64,000 nt of DNA from Phoronis australis (Eukaryota > Animalia > Phoronida). Under the pieces are notes generated by a model. It was not told where the DNA came from. It saw only the letters and a list, made by a program, of their open reading frames with translations, and made no database searches. Below are positions 53,001 through 64,000 of the stretch, in pieces. Position numbers and translations under genes: made by a program. The stretch spans positions 124,001-188,000 of the forward strand of contig NMRA01000388.1 in NCBI GenBank assembly GCA_002633005.1. The letters run 5' to 3'. The first letter of the stretch is position 1, and each line of letters opens with the position of its first letter.

Positions 53001-56000
53001 TTAAATATATATTTTGATTACGATAAAAAACTAGGCTCGCACTTGAAAATAAAAATTTTAAGACCAATTCTGCTTTCTTGGTTTTAATAATTACGTCTAT
53101 TTCATGTGTTATATTTTTCAAATATCAATCTCGACCAAGTTGAATTTTAAAATTAAAACACCTAATTCTTTCGTCCAAAGCATAACCTCGTTTTACAGCT
53201 CAATTTCAGTTAACTGGACAGAACACAGTGGCGGATTTAGAGGGGAGCCAAGGGGCTATGCCCCAGCCCTCCCCCCTAAAATTCTCCCAGATTCCATTTG
53301 GCAGTTCAGGAGCGCGAATTTCTGACGGGCAAAATCCTGGCAAATACTCTTGCCTTACCCCCTCCCCCTAACTCAAAGTCCTGGATCCCCCTGGAACAAG
53401 CATAGTTATCATGTTTCTTCAGAGGCCTCGTTCATATCCGAGGGGAAAGGTGCCTCATGTGTGTGCGGCCTTCTGAGAGGGGAACGTTTCGCCGAGTGAC
53501 GGGTCAGTGAAAACTCTACTGACCTCCCGATCACCATCAATAGCACCCTGCCCTTTTGCAAGCTGTCATAGCTCTGTCTCAAGTAGCATTTTCAGTGGCT
53601 GATCTAGGATACGTACCATATAGGCCTAGTGAGGGGGGCCCGACATCCTCGGAGAAGCGGGCAAAGCGCTATTGTATGCACGTAGGCGGCCCGGAAGTTG
53701 CGGGCGTCGAGGATGTATACCCTCTGCTCAGGAAATCTGTCGTTGGATTAAAAAACAAAATAAACGGAACGTGTTTTCTCCCCTCGTCCACTACCGGTCC
53801 TAACTCGAACTCAGTACAAGTTTCCTCCTGCTTAACGTTTTGCTGGTCTATTTTGCTTGCGGCAGTCAAGGGGGCGGGCGCGCCCCTCCCTCCAAATCCG
53901 CCTATGATTTTGTACTTTTTTCAAATTGTCACCTCTGTGATCACAGGTGATTTGAACAGTTGGAGAGAAATTTTCAATCACAAAGGGGATTTTTAGGCTT
54001 CGTGGCAGGGAAATTCGCGTGATTTTTCCAATATTTTTGAGAGGGGAATAGGGCCGATATTTGGCCCCAAAATTGAGGGATTGAGGCCCTGTCCTTTTTG
54101 TAAAGAAAAATGCATCACGCTTCAATCCATAGTCATGAAAACACTGCCTGGCTGGCCGAAGATTCTCCGGTCCTCGTTGCTATGGCGGCATCCAGTCCGA
54201 GATGCGACAAATTATGATTCGAAAACAGCAGTAAATTTTACACGGACATATTTTCCTTCGTCGCGGCGTATGGCAAGGACCCAACGCTTCCGAATCCCAA
54301 AGTCCTTAGAGATTTTAAAACAGAGTGTCCGTATTTTTCTAGCTGTTCGAGAGTACAACTGCCACCAGAGCTACCGTAGCGAGCCTCGTTTTGGAACGCG
54401 CCTCCTGTCGGCGTGAATAGGGTCTATAAATCAAAAACTGTTGTCCGATAACTATGCTGCTATTGGGCAAGCAGACGACATAATCAGTCGGCACCGAAGT
54501 TTCAATTTTGTAATTAATTACCAGTAGCATTGCCAAAAGTAATCACAATACCAACACTTCTACTATAGAAAGACTTTGAAAAGCGTTTCAATACCGAAAT
54601 TAATATTTTTTTTTCGTTGTTTTGGACAGTAAACTAGATGCAAATATTTCTCGTCAAAATACACTAACCGGAAACTGTACCAGAAAGGTCACTAGAGTTC
54701 AGCTAGCATGTAAGAAAATACCGGAGTTGCGAATCTGTTGTCTATAATCTATGGTTACACAACTCAAAAGGCGCACAGTAATGCTAGAAAATGACGTTTA
54801 TTAGATTATTCTTCCCGCAAACGTCTGGCAACGGGCAAGGTGAGTGTCCGAACTGTCTCCCAGATTTTGCATACATCACGGCCATCGGTCGTTGGCTCTG
54901 CGATATAAGTTTCACGACGAGGTGACTAACACAACTCATACCCGGCCTGTATCAGGTCTATAGTGTATGGTTTAACAGAGCTCAATTCACAGTGTTACCT
55001 TGCTGTATTTTGGCGACAGTCTTCAAACAGCTAGCTGGCTGGCTACAAAAAAATTCTGAAGAGTGCACTTCGAAGTTTAGTGTTACTGTTCCGGCCCAGA
55101 GTATAGGGAATCCGGCCCAAATCCGGAATATTCTATCTGATTTGGGTCCTTCCCGTAGGCCTAACGGAATTCTGACACTGAATTTAAAGCGTTCAATTGG
55201 TTACAAATTCTTATTAGTAGGTATGTTTTTATGCAATCCAGACTTTATTTCGTAGTTGTAATTTATTACAGACACTCACAATGTTGTGTTGCTATTAAAT
55301 TTTCATTTTTTTTAGGTTGACCGAGTCAAAATGGCGACGATTAGGCTACGGGTCGCAGCATTTCAAGGCGACTTATTTTGAAAATTGAGTTTCTAATATA
55401 AAAGTTTTCAATAAATTTGATTATAATTGCGTTGTACGAAAAGATCAAGCTGATATGTGCTGTAACGTTTCCCACTATTTTGCACCAAATTAAACGGCCT
55501 ATACCAATACGGGGACACACACTGGACAGCCGCCCGTAGGCCTATTGGAATCGCGCAGCGTTCACACCTTCGGCTTCAAAAAGACATGAATGCAAAGTTC
55601 CTAACATTAGAGTTTTTCTACCAAGCATATTACTCTTTATAATAAACATTGTGAAATTGCTGATAACAATTCAGACGAAGCGTTTTGTTTTTCCGGCTGT
55701 CCCGACGGCCCCAGTCACACTCCCGGGGATTCCCATACGGGCCCGTATGAGAATATGTGCTAAATAATTGAATAAAAAATTATAAAGGTATGATTTTGAT
55801 CAATTTTAATATTAACTGACATGAAATGAAAAATTAATGTGTTTCCTTGATTTTCCACGTATTTTGCACTAAATTAAATGGCCAGTCATCGCTAATTCCA
55901 ATACTGTGGAGACACGGTGAAAGCCAAGATCGCGGTAACGATGATGTCATAGACTTCGATTGGCACGAGCGCCGTCTCAAGTTTTTTTTGGCGCTAAATG

Positions 56001-59000
56001 GGGTTCGTGATGGGGCTACTTAGTCGGTGGGCCAGAATTTGTAGGGCCTCTAGAAAATGGTTTTTGTGAGTACTTTAGGGGGGCAATTTTATTTTGGTGT
56101 TTTTTAATTCATTTATTAGAGTGTTTTCAAAATCTAAAAAGTTCCAACATATAAAGTTGCACATTTTTGAGAAATGTGAGATTGAAATTACCTAATAATC
56201 ACCAAAGAGCTTAGTAAACTTATATTTGTAAAAACAACAGTTTTGGCGACTTTTTTGCAAAACAAGTAATATGATCCCATCAGTGCCATTGTATTGAACA
56301 ATATTACACTCACATTACATGTTTTACTATTGTAGATTAATTGTAAACAATGAAATTTAAAAAATGTAAAGAGACACCTGGTGGCAAAAATGCAAACTAA
56401 GTCTGGATGTTACTAGGAAGTTATTCTGGCATTGTCTGGCAACAAAAATAACACAAAACACTTGAGACAGAGCAAAATGTGTGCCTCAATGACTAAAACA
56501 TTGACTAATGGTGTAAAATACAGCTTGTTTGCATAATACAACAGAAATACATTATAGTACAAAAACAATATAGTGGAATGATCTCTGTGAATGTGCAAAC
56601 TGTATGAAAATAATAGATTATTCTGACAGCGTTTATCAAGCAGTATGAGACAAATACATGACAATGATCAAAGTATGTACTTTCTATGACTTAATCAACA
56701 AATAAAATTAACTTTTTAATACAAAAAAGGAAATAACGGGGTTGGAGGTCTATTTAGGGTTGACTTGTCAAAGAACTATCCAATGTTATGCAGTCAGTGT
56801 TGCTGATGTTACTACAGTTGTCACAGCTGCACATTTCTGTACAGTTTGACCCAGCATTGCAGCACAAACTCAGTTTCCCACCACACATGTTCTTTTTGCA
56901 CTTGCAGCGTTCATCGTTTAGTACTGTCAATGGAGATGCAGGCATTGCCATACATTTTAACTGCAAAGCTCCACCGCCAAGGAGCCAACTATGGTCGATT
57001 AGAGAGGGTACAGCACTGCACACTGGTGATTGACCCGCAGGCAATGAAGGGTCAAACACTAAGTCCTTGTTTGGAGGCGGGCAGGATTTGGGCAAATGTT
57101 TGATTCAAAATATGTTATAATGGGCTGTGTTAATTAGAGTCAGCAAGTGAATCATTGAATACTAGCCTCAATTCAATTTTGTATCTCTTAGTCGGGCACA
57201 AACTACAACAGTGAGTAGCTTCAACAATATTTCTTAAGATTGCCTGTCCAAATAACTTCATGTACACCAACTTTCTGAAGAACAGCTTCAAAGTCTTGCT
57301 TTAGTTTTGAAAGGCAAATGACATCTCCATGTGCTAGAAGCTTTGATTCAATGAACTCCAAACAAAACTGTAGAAGAACATCTCTGAAAACTGCATGTGG
57401 ATTCGTCACTCTTCAAAATCTTTGTCTTTCTATTTTTTATAGCATGATGATCTGTGGTACTTGGCTTCTCAGACACAAGGTCTTTATCTTTGAATTTCAT
57501 TTGCATATTCAGGGCTCTGGACTGAGCTGTTGCTTGCGATACAAGTCCAACTGAAAAAAACCCGAACTGTTAACACTAATCTAACATTCAACTATGAGTG
57601 AGTTGGCATGCAACTTTTTCAGGCGGACTTATCAGGAACTGAACCACCACCAGTCTGACAAATTTACATGCCGTCTGATCTGTCGCCTAAAAATGTTGAT
57701 CATCTAATAATTAGATTAGTTGATGTAACTGAAAATAAATCAGCTGATATACCAGTGCAGTGATTGAAATTTAATTTTTTCAAAACAGATGCTCAAACCA
57801 TAGTCAATTGATTTACACTTAAAGTAATCGACGTTTAACGAAATGAACAGTGGCTTCCATCGTCCTCAAATTACGACGGCGACGATGGCCACTTTAGCAC
57901 TTTAATTTAATTATCATTGCAGCTACCTAAGTAATTAATGTTTACAAAAAATTGAGAAGAGGTTCCCCCTATCCCAGGACTACGGCAGGGGATGACAGCC
58001 ACTTGGGCATGTTCTTTGCAACCATCTACTCCATTTAACCTTCTCAAAATTTTTGACTAAAAGTGCTTTAAAATCACACCCACACTATAACGCCATATGA
58101 TTATTCCTTAGCGCAAGCAGTGTCGATGTGGCAACTGAACAATGGAGTGTTCGAAAAATAGGATTGCAGGAGTATTTGTTTAAACTGGGAACAAATGAAA
58201 ACATTAACGACCTCCTCAGAGGCATCTCTCTACGCGGTACTTCTAAATTTATAGGAACATAATTTGCCGAAAAGCATCCGGCATATGGAGTACCTATGGT
58301 ATGATCACCGTCTCTACTGGGTCAGCGGTATTGTCTAAGGCTTAGGCAGCCAAGGGGCTGAACAAGTTAGAAAACAACTGGTGATAATACTGAAACACAC
58401 CTGGAAAACACCAAGATGTACCTTTCAAAAACACGTACCTGTATTTGAAAGCTATACTTCTTGAAATATGGTCCATAATATACTTTTCCTGCTAACAAAT
58501 GATGCACTCATGTATCAGAATGTTTCTATCTTTTTCAGGTTAATCGGGTGTTTCAGATATTGGTCGTATAATTGATTTTCTTGGGAAATCTTGGATAACA
58601 TCTGCATCACTTTCAGCAACTTCAGCTTTAGTACTACTGTTGGTGCCTTGAAACGTTGTTTTGCCGTTCTATGTCCTTTCAATTTTTTGGTCTGACACTT
58701 GGTCTTCTAGTCTACAACACTCAGCAGTATACTGTGTAGGCTATACCAGGACATGCAGCTGCAGCTCTTGCATCACAATTTTGTGTTGTTTGATAAACCN
58801 AACGCTATGAGATCTGGCCCACCGACTAACTGTATTGTCGAAGGCCTACTTAATTAACGACTGGGGTATGCTGTGGCAAATGATTTTGATGTTTTTCATC
58901 AATAAATGTGTTTTAGATGTAAAAATAGCACCATACTTGGCCTTTAAGTTTGAATTCGACCTCCGAAACTGTGCTGTGGGGCTGTAAAGATGGTTATGAT

Positions 59001-62000
59001 CTCCCATCTATTTATTATATCTCATTTTACTTGTTTCACAACGAAACTCTATGCGCCCAAATATCAAAATCAAAAACATTGCGCTCTATTGTTGACCTTA
59101 TGAAACGTAAACAATCTCCGTTTTGTTGCTGTGTTTACTTGGGCACACACGGTATCGTACAATATAAGAAGCACTCAGCCTCGTCTCCAAGCCTCAAGAT
59201 GGTGCTGATCAGTTAAGTCATTTGAGGCTTGGAAATAAAATGTGTGAATTTTTACGGAAATTGCAAGAATAGCTGGAGTAATTTCGAAATTTTCAGCAGT
59301 TTTATGTAGAATAAAAACTAACGGTATGTTGCAGCAATTTAGGTCTAAATTATTGCAAAAGTTGTGTATTTTGATTCGAAAACAGATTAATACTATTCAT
59401 AAAATTAATATGAATTGAAAATAATTACAACCTTTATTTAAGACAATAAATAAAACAATGCCTTCTGTCACATGAATGGCTGCAATGTGAAAATAATTAC
59501 AATCTGCCTTTGTTCAATGACGTCAAGGCATCGGTCAATCATTGCGCAGAAAGTAATTTCCCAAACCAAGCCTCAAATGGCTAAAGCGATTAGCGTCATC
59601 TTGAGGCTTGGAGAAGAAGTTGAAAAAGTCAAATCAGTGTCAATTGTGTGTAAACACAGAGCAAAGCCATCAATCGATGCTCATGAGATTTTTTTGTAAC
59701 AGATTGTGAAGTACTTTTTTGGAATATTGAAATGGTAACAAAATTGGCCTTTTTTGAAGAAATGGAATGCATAAAAATTCGCTTCTGAAAAGATTACAAG
59801 AAACTGAAGTCCTACAACCAACTGTAACTGTTAACAAAGGATGAAACATTTATATATCTTGCAGATTATGCATTTCAAATAAAATGCGTGTTGGAATGGT
59901 ATACAGTGTCTTTAGGTAACTCTTATTATGTATGACTTATCTGGAAACTGTATAGTGGAGTCTGTTTGTACTCTAATATACATGTACTAAGCAGGCGTTG
60001 TTTTATTTCAGGGATTGTGATCAAGGAGAACAGTAATGCTAATGCAATCTTTATAATAAAAAGACAAGCACCAGGTTCCGAAACGCTGGTGTAAGGGAGG
60101 GAAGGCGAAAAGCTGTGTGAAGCTGCCAGTCCACTAACAAGCCCGAGACAGTTTTGTAAAAAATAATTAGTTGCTTATTTTTTATTTATATAATTCATCA
60201 TTTTTGTAAGTATTTTACCTTAGCAGTTTCACAGTAATAAAAATATTAAAGAACGAGCCTTTTCTTCTTGTAAGTCAAAGCTGCACGTGCAATGGGATTA
60301 AAATGACCAACAAAGCGAACGTTGTAGGACTTAAAAACATGAAGCATTGAAAAAACTAACCTGATGTTTCGTTATACCCACAAACAGTAATATTCCTGCA
60401 TTGGGCCTGTAAAGGCAACATTAGTGGTTCAATATTGGCACTGTACTTGCCCACCACTGCACTTTCGCCCATGTAATTAGTATACTGGCTTAATGTGAGC
60501 CCACCAATGTCCCTGTGCAGGGCCAACATAGTCTGTCAATACTGGCCCTTTATAGGGCCGAAACCGGTTTTTGGTGTATTGGCCCAGTAATGACTTGGTA
60601 CTGGCCCTTTACTGGCCGATATCGCAATCTTATACTGGCTCAATACCCAGCAGGTGTGCAAAATGTTATTGGGACAGTACTGGCCTACAGCATTGGACCA
60701 ATACAGGCCAATACTGGCCAATACTGGCCTGTATTGGCCTGTATTGGCCTGTATTGGCCCAGTACCTGGGACGCTGCCAGAACATTCCTTAAACCAGTAC
60801 ATAATTGAAACCACATTCTAGTCCACAAAGTCGCAGTGCCTACTTTAAAACACAAAAATTGGCCAAAATCAGTTTCTAGGACAACAGGTAAGTTGTAACC
60901 TTCAATGTTTTCTGAAAACCGGGATGAGGTTACTTACCAGTATATAGTGTTAAGCAAGTCAATGACATCCATTGGATTCATCGTCGCCACCATTGAAGTG
61001 AAACCAACAATATCGCTGAAGTAAATAGTGCAATTTTCGTAGAATTCTGCGGTGACGTTTCTTTGAGCTTTTAAATCTTCAGCCACGGATTTTGGAAGCA
61101 TTTGATACAGAAGGCGCTCGGTACGTCTTTTCTCAGCGGACAGCTGTTGCGTTTTTGTGGTTACGTTTTCCGCATACTTTCCCATCTTGAACAGAATTTT
61201 TGAGATGGACTTCAAGTATAAAAACACCATAACTGTACAAGACATCACGACCATAGCCACGATGACCGTATACATGATTACCCCCGCGCTTGCGTCTTGC
61301 AGCGCTGTCTCAAGTTCATTCAAAACAGTATCAACCACTTGGGAACGTATCTTAGAAAGAGCTGTTATGTATCGTGTTGCCGTGTCGAACGCGTTGAGGC
61401 TGTTCTGGAAACGAGTCTCTAAAGACGTATTCAAACACAATGCTCTGTAAGTTTTAGATTGCATCAATTGTATAGCATGTGTCCATTCTTGTTCAAGGCC
61501 GGTATCCACAATCAGTTCTTGCAGTAATTTGGCCAGCTCCGGTCTGTAAGCTTGCGCTAAACGACGTAAGCTAGCAAACTCTCCCTGTAGTTTAGAAAAC
61601 CACAACAGTGTCTCCTCGTTTATACTGCATGTATAGAAAAATACTGACCCCAATGCCCGCTGTATACCTACGGCATCTGAGCCCCAAAGAAGGCAACAGT
61701 ATGAAACAAGCAAGGTCCAAAATGAACCGGCTTTCGGATGCTCGATTGGTATAGTCATAGTCAACAAGAGACCGTACGTAATGTTGCTGTAGAAATGAAT
61801 GTTATTGGTCACTGTGGCATTGCCGCTGTCAATAAAATGTCGATGGGTCTTCAATTCTTCTACCAAATGGACTATCGTCTTATCATAAATATGCAAATTC
61901 CATTGGCGCTCACTTCCAAACAGGTCATCTGTCGTCGCCCGTTGTTGTACCAAAGAGTCTAGTTTCGACAAATTGGCTTTCTTCAAGCTTAGAAACATGG

Positions 62001-62331
62001 CACTGAGTCCGCGTTCAATTTGAAGACTTGTCACCAATTTCCCTCTGTATATAAGTGTCGTCACTACCGCCTCGTTTTCTTTGACAAGTTCTTGGTGAAC
62101 CTGTGTTTGTGTGAGCGTGTGACTAGCTAACGCAACCAAAACTATGATAGGAAACGCAACCAGGATTACCATTTTACTCAACTGAAATACCCGATTTCGT
62201 TTAGTACTGGCATCCAAAATTTCCTTCAGTTCTCTTTTGTCCACGTCTGTACTATGCAGCGATTGGGTGCTGTAAATTCGTCCAGGTATTTTCAGTAGAC
62301 TAGAGGGCTTGGAAGTACTTGGGTTCTCCAT
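40483..62331 (-). CDS. NIT-domain transmembrane guanylyl cyclase (NIT-GC), complete 6-exon gene, 635 aa
   Basis: Exons 62331-60938, 49621-49527, 47820-47701, 44611-44513, 42061-41970 and 40590-40483. All introns are GT-AG and the phases join; the total is 1908 nt (636 codons including TGA). Architecture: TM1, NIT (LQIERGLS...GIQRALGS), TM2, signalling helix ([14 protein letters not shown]), class III cyclase ([39 protein letters not shown]). Confidence 0.93.
41970..42061 (-). CDS. NIT-GC exon 5 ([31 protein letters not shown])
   Basis: ttgcag acceptor, gtaagc donor; in phase with neighbouring exons. Confidence 0.93.
42340..43760 (+). mobile_element. Decayed Ty3/Gypsy LTR retrotransposon fragment
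   Basis: ORF 42561..42944 retains [24 protein letters not shown] (RT N-terminus); boundaries approximate. Confidence 0.6.
44513..44611 (-). CDS. NIT-GC exon 4 ([33 protein letters not shown])
   Basis: ttcag acceptor, gtgaat donor; guanylate cyclase signature. Confidence 0.95.
45173..46916. mobile_element. hAT-like non-autonomous element with ~6-bp TSD
   Basis: TIR catggatatac / gtatatccctg (10/11); flanks ggaagt / ggaagg; ctcgccc / gggcgag subterminal repeats. Confidence 0.65.
45363..46459. mobile_element. pogo/Tc2-like non-autonomous element
   Basis: ta-ccgtattcgccctaataagcgccca at the left end; tgggcgcttattaggacgaat at the right end (tip degenerate). Confidence 0.65.
47200..47430 (+). 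mobile_element. Penelope-like GIY-YIG fragment
   Basis: Translates [14 protein letters not shown]...[17 protein letters not shown]. Confidence 0.6.
47701..47820 (-). CDS. NIT-GC exon 3 ([15 protein letters not shown]...LRIRIGIHS)
   Basis: ggcag acceptor, gtttgt donor; cyclase motif RIGIHSG. Confidence 0.93.
48190..48760 (+). mobile_element. Penelope-like GIY-YIG fragment with hammerhead-like 3' end
   Basis: [27 protein letters not shown]; ttgatga...cgaaacgtc at ~48672-48703. Confidence 0.72.
49527..49621 (-). CDS. NIT-GC exon 2 ([31 protein letters not shown])
   Basis: ttccag acceptor, gtaagt donor, canonical cyclase motif; missed by the ORF track. Confidence 0.95.
49950..50062. repeat. 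(GT)n/(GCGT)n microsatellite
   Basis: Read directly from the sequence. Confidence 0.9.
50700..52300. mobile_element. Highly decayed Kolobok-like transposon remnants (boundaries approximate)
   Basis: Plus-strand fragments CKICGFHF (THAP-like, ~51583) and [11 protein letters not shown] (~51942); minus-strand fragments EDDIEPY and [16 protein letters not shown] resemble the Kolobok accessory protein. Termini not found. Confidence 0.4.
53226..53393. mobile_element. hAT-like MITE with 5-bp TSD GAACA
   Basis: cagtggcggattta ... ctggatccccctg; GAACA at 53221-53225 and 53394-53398. Confidence 0.7.
53593..53906. mobile_element. hAT-like MITE with 5-bp TSD ATTTT
   Basis: cagtggctgatcta ... aaatccgcctatg; ATTTT on both flanks. 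Confidence 0.6.
56021..58828 (-). mobile_element. Academ non-autonomous element in NIT-GC intron 1
   Basis: Perfect 16-bp TIR tagtcggtgggccaga, 3-bp TSD ACT; internal CXC-type remnant [28 protein letters not shown] (ORF 56754..57095). Confidence 0.85.
60560..60770. repeat. Inverted array of 10-bp units (ggccaatact / tgtattggcc)
   Basis: Tandem units switch orientation at ~60730; probably a CCCAG...CTGGG-type MITE. Confidence 0.65.
60938..62331 (-). CDS. NIT-GC exon 1: N-terminus, TM1, NIT domain, TM2, coiled coil, start of cyclase domain
   Basis: Provided ORF 60934..62361. First ATG at 62331 (MENPSTSK); donor TG|GTAAGT after 60938. Confidence 0.93.
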
Positions 62332-62391
62332 AGTTGATTGATTTGTGTCACCAGTTAACAATGGTCTGTAGATCTCTGGTTAACACGTTCC

Positions 62392-62400
62392 TTTATATAA
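62392..62400 (-). promoter_or_regulatory. Candidate TATA box of NIT-GC
   Basis: TTATATAAAG on the minus strand, about 60 nt upstream of the ATG at 62331. Confidence 0.4.
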
Positions 62401-63894
62401 GTGTATTCACCTACGTCTGCCGTTTTCTCATGAAAACGAGTCGGCAATCGATTTATGGTCGAGTCTCTCTCCTGAAGGTCACAAATTTAAAAACACTCAA
62501 AGTATAAAGAAATCCGTGAATACCAGAAAACCGTTAATAATAATAAGACACTAATTGCGATAGTAGGAATATCAGTTACGCATTACCTTTTCATTATATC
62601 TGAAGATACAATAACAGTACAACTTGTAAATTCCACTAAACGACAACTAATGGGTACTACAGCAGAGGGGATTTTTGCTGCAGTAAATATGGGTCGTAAA
62701 ACTACGATTGAAAAGGTCGCAGAAGCTATGAAAGCAAATAGAACACGGGATACCTTGATTGGCATGAAAAATGGAACAAAAATATTGTTCAATCACTCGT
62801 TTAATAAAAGACAAAACCAAATTCAACGAAGAAATTTAAAACTTGTCGGATTTAAACAGTCAAACGAATCTTTAGACCTTAAACCGGGTATAAATCCGCC
62901 TTCTGTCACAAAAAAGATATCGCCTGCAGTTTACCTATAAAACTGGACTCAAGTTCTAGCTTAGTCAATTTGTAAGTAATTGCCTTGCTTAGAAAGAACT
63001 AAAGGGTCGATCAATTGACTGTTCACGCCGGGTCACTTTAATCACCGACCATGGTGTCAAGCATTAAGAAACTGTTCGCTTTTTCTTTCCAAGACCAGGG
63101 ATCAATTTTCGCCTAAGTTACGAGCGGTAGTTGATACCAGGGCTGCTTTAAATAATTAAGTATATATAATACGCATAAATGAACATCGCGATCTTGGAAT
63201 TGGCAGGCTTTTGAGAAAATCAATTTGCGACTCCTTTTGAGTTAAATCACTTAAATTTAAGTGGGTCGATCCTATATGTTAGTATTTCATGGGAACCACG
63301 ATGGAGATCAAAACTAATCACCAAAGAAAAGTATCTGCGTAACGTTTTGTGTTTACCAAAACGCTAAAAGTACTCAAAATCCGGTTACTCACGCCAACGT
63401 AAGAGATTCATAAAACTGACACTGTTTCAGCGATATCAGTCAGTTTTCATAAGTGTTTCAAAAAAGAATTCAAATGTAGCTGACTTTTCTTTCCCCGTAG
63501 TAAATTTCAAATTTTGCCAGATGTACCTCACTTTAGGTAACTGTAAGGAAAATATAATTCGGTGATGTTCCTATTTCTTTCAGATTTGTAGTACACTGAA
63601 GTAAAACAACAAAATAAAAACATGGAAATTTAAAAAATCAAGAACAAACCAAAACTGTCTAAAACCCCCATCAAGCTATGTACGCACATGAAATATGTCT
63701 CATAATATACCATAACGTGATAGAACTTGCTTTCCATTGTCATCAAGAAAATCTCAGCCGTCATTAACTCTTGAAAACGCTTTACAGTTTATTGAGGCTT
63801 ACCATCTATATAATTGAGACAATGACTCCTGTAAGCATCGCCTGCGATTTGAGTTACTTGCCGGCTCTTTGCAATCCCAAAACATTTCTAATAA

Positions 63895-64000
63895 AGGAGA
63901 ATGCCACCCAAAAGCAACCTATTTTTTATCAGTTTGGATCGAGTAGTTCCACTCGAGAACAGCAAGTTCAGTTGCTTTACCTGACACATAAGGGCAGACG
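63895..64000 (-). mobile_element. Kolobok-like element, copy 4 (truncated by window end)
   Basis: aggagaatgccaccc and the following ~100 nt match the left end of the 19589 copy. Confidence 0.8.

Noticed and set aside
60515-60814. Overlapping ORFs on both strands
   Set aside because: Produced by the 10-bp inverted repeat array.
60934-62361. Bacterial NIT chemoreceptor contamination or recent horizontal transfer
   Set aside because: The ORF ends at a GT donor and splices in phase to five metazoan-type cyclase exons.
62583-62940. ORFs upstream of NIT-GC
   Set aside because: No recognisable domain or splice support.

Overview
Eukaryotic, repeat-rich DNA from an invertebrate animal. A marine lophotrochozoan-like source is an inference only. 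There are two convergent spliced host genes. (1) On the + strand, a single-pass membrane protein: kringle (7639-7929), MEGF/laminin-type EGF (21550-21696), a 33-bp exon (27151-27183) and TM plus tail (27556-27806). A signal-peptide-like exon at 4649-4729 does not join in phase. (2) On the - strand, a complete 6-exon NIT-domain guanylyl cyclase (NIT-GC, 635 aa, 62331..40483). Between them lies an apparently intact hAT transposon with a 5-bp TSD (31081-35731). Its 1061-codon ORF fuses a vertnin-like OTU-type domain to a ZnF-TTF/DDE hAT transposase, and it is nested in a TA-flanked pogo/Tc2-like element. The rest is mostly transposon debris: four copies of a THAP-bearing TTAA Kolobok-like element, Academ remnants, Penelope GIY-YIG fragments with hammerhead-like ends, an ISL2EU/hAT/pogo nest, small 5-bp-TSD MITEs, SINE heads, a Gypsy RT remnant, palindromes and microsatellites. 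All calls were made by eye, with no database searches.
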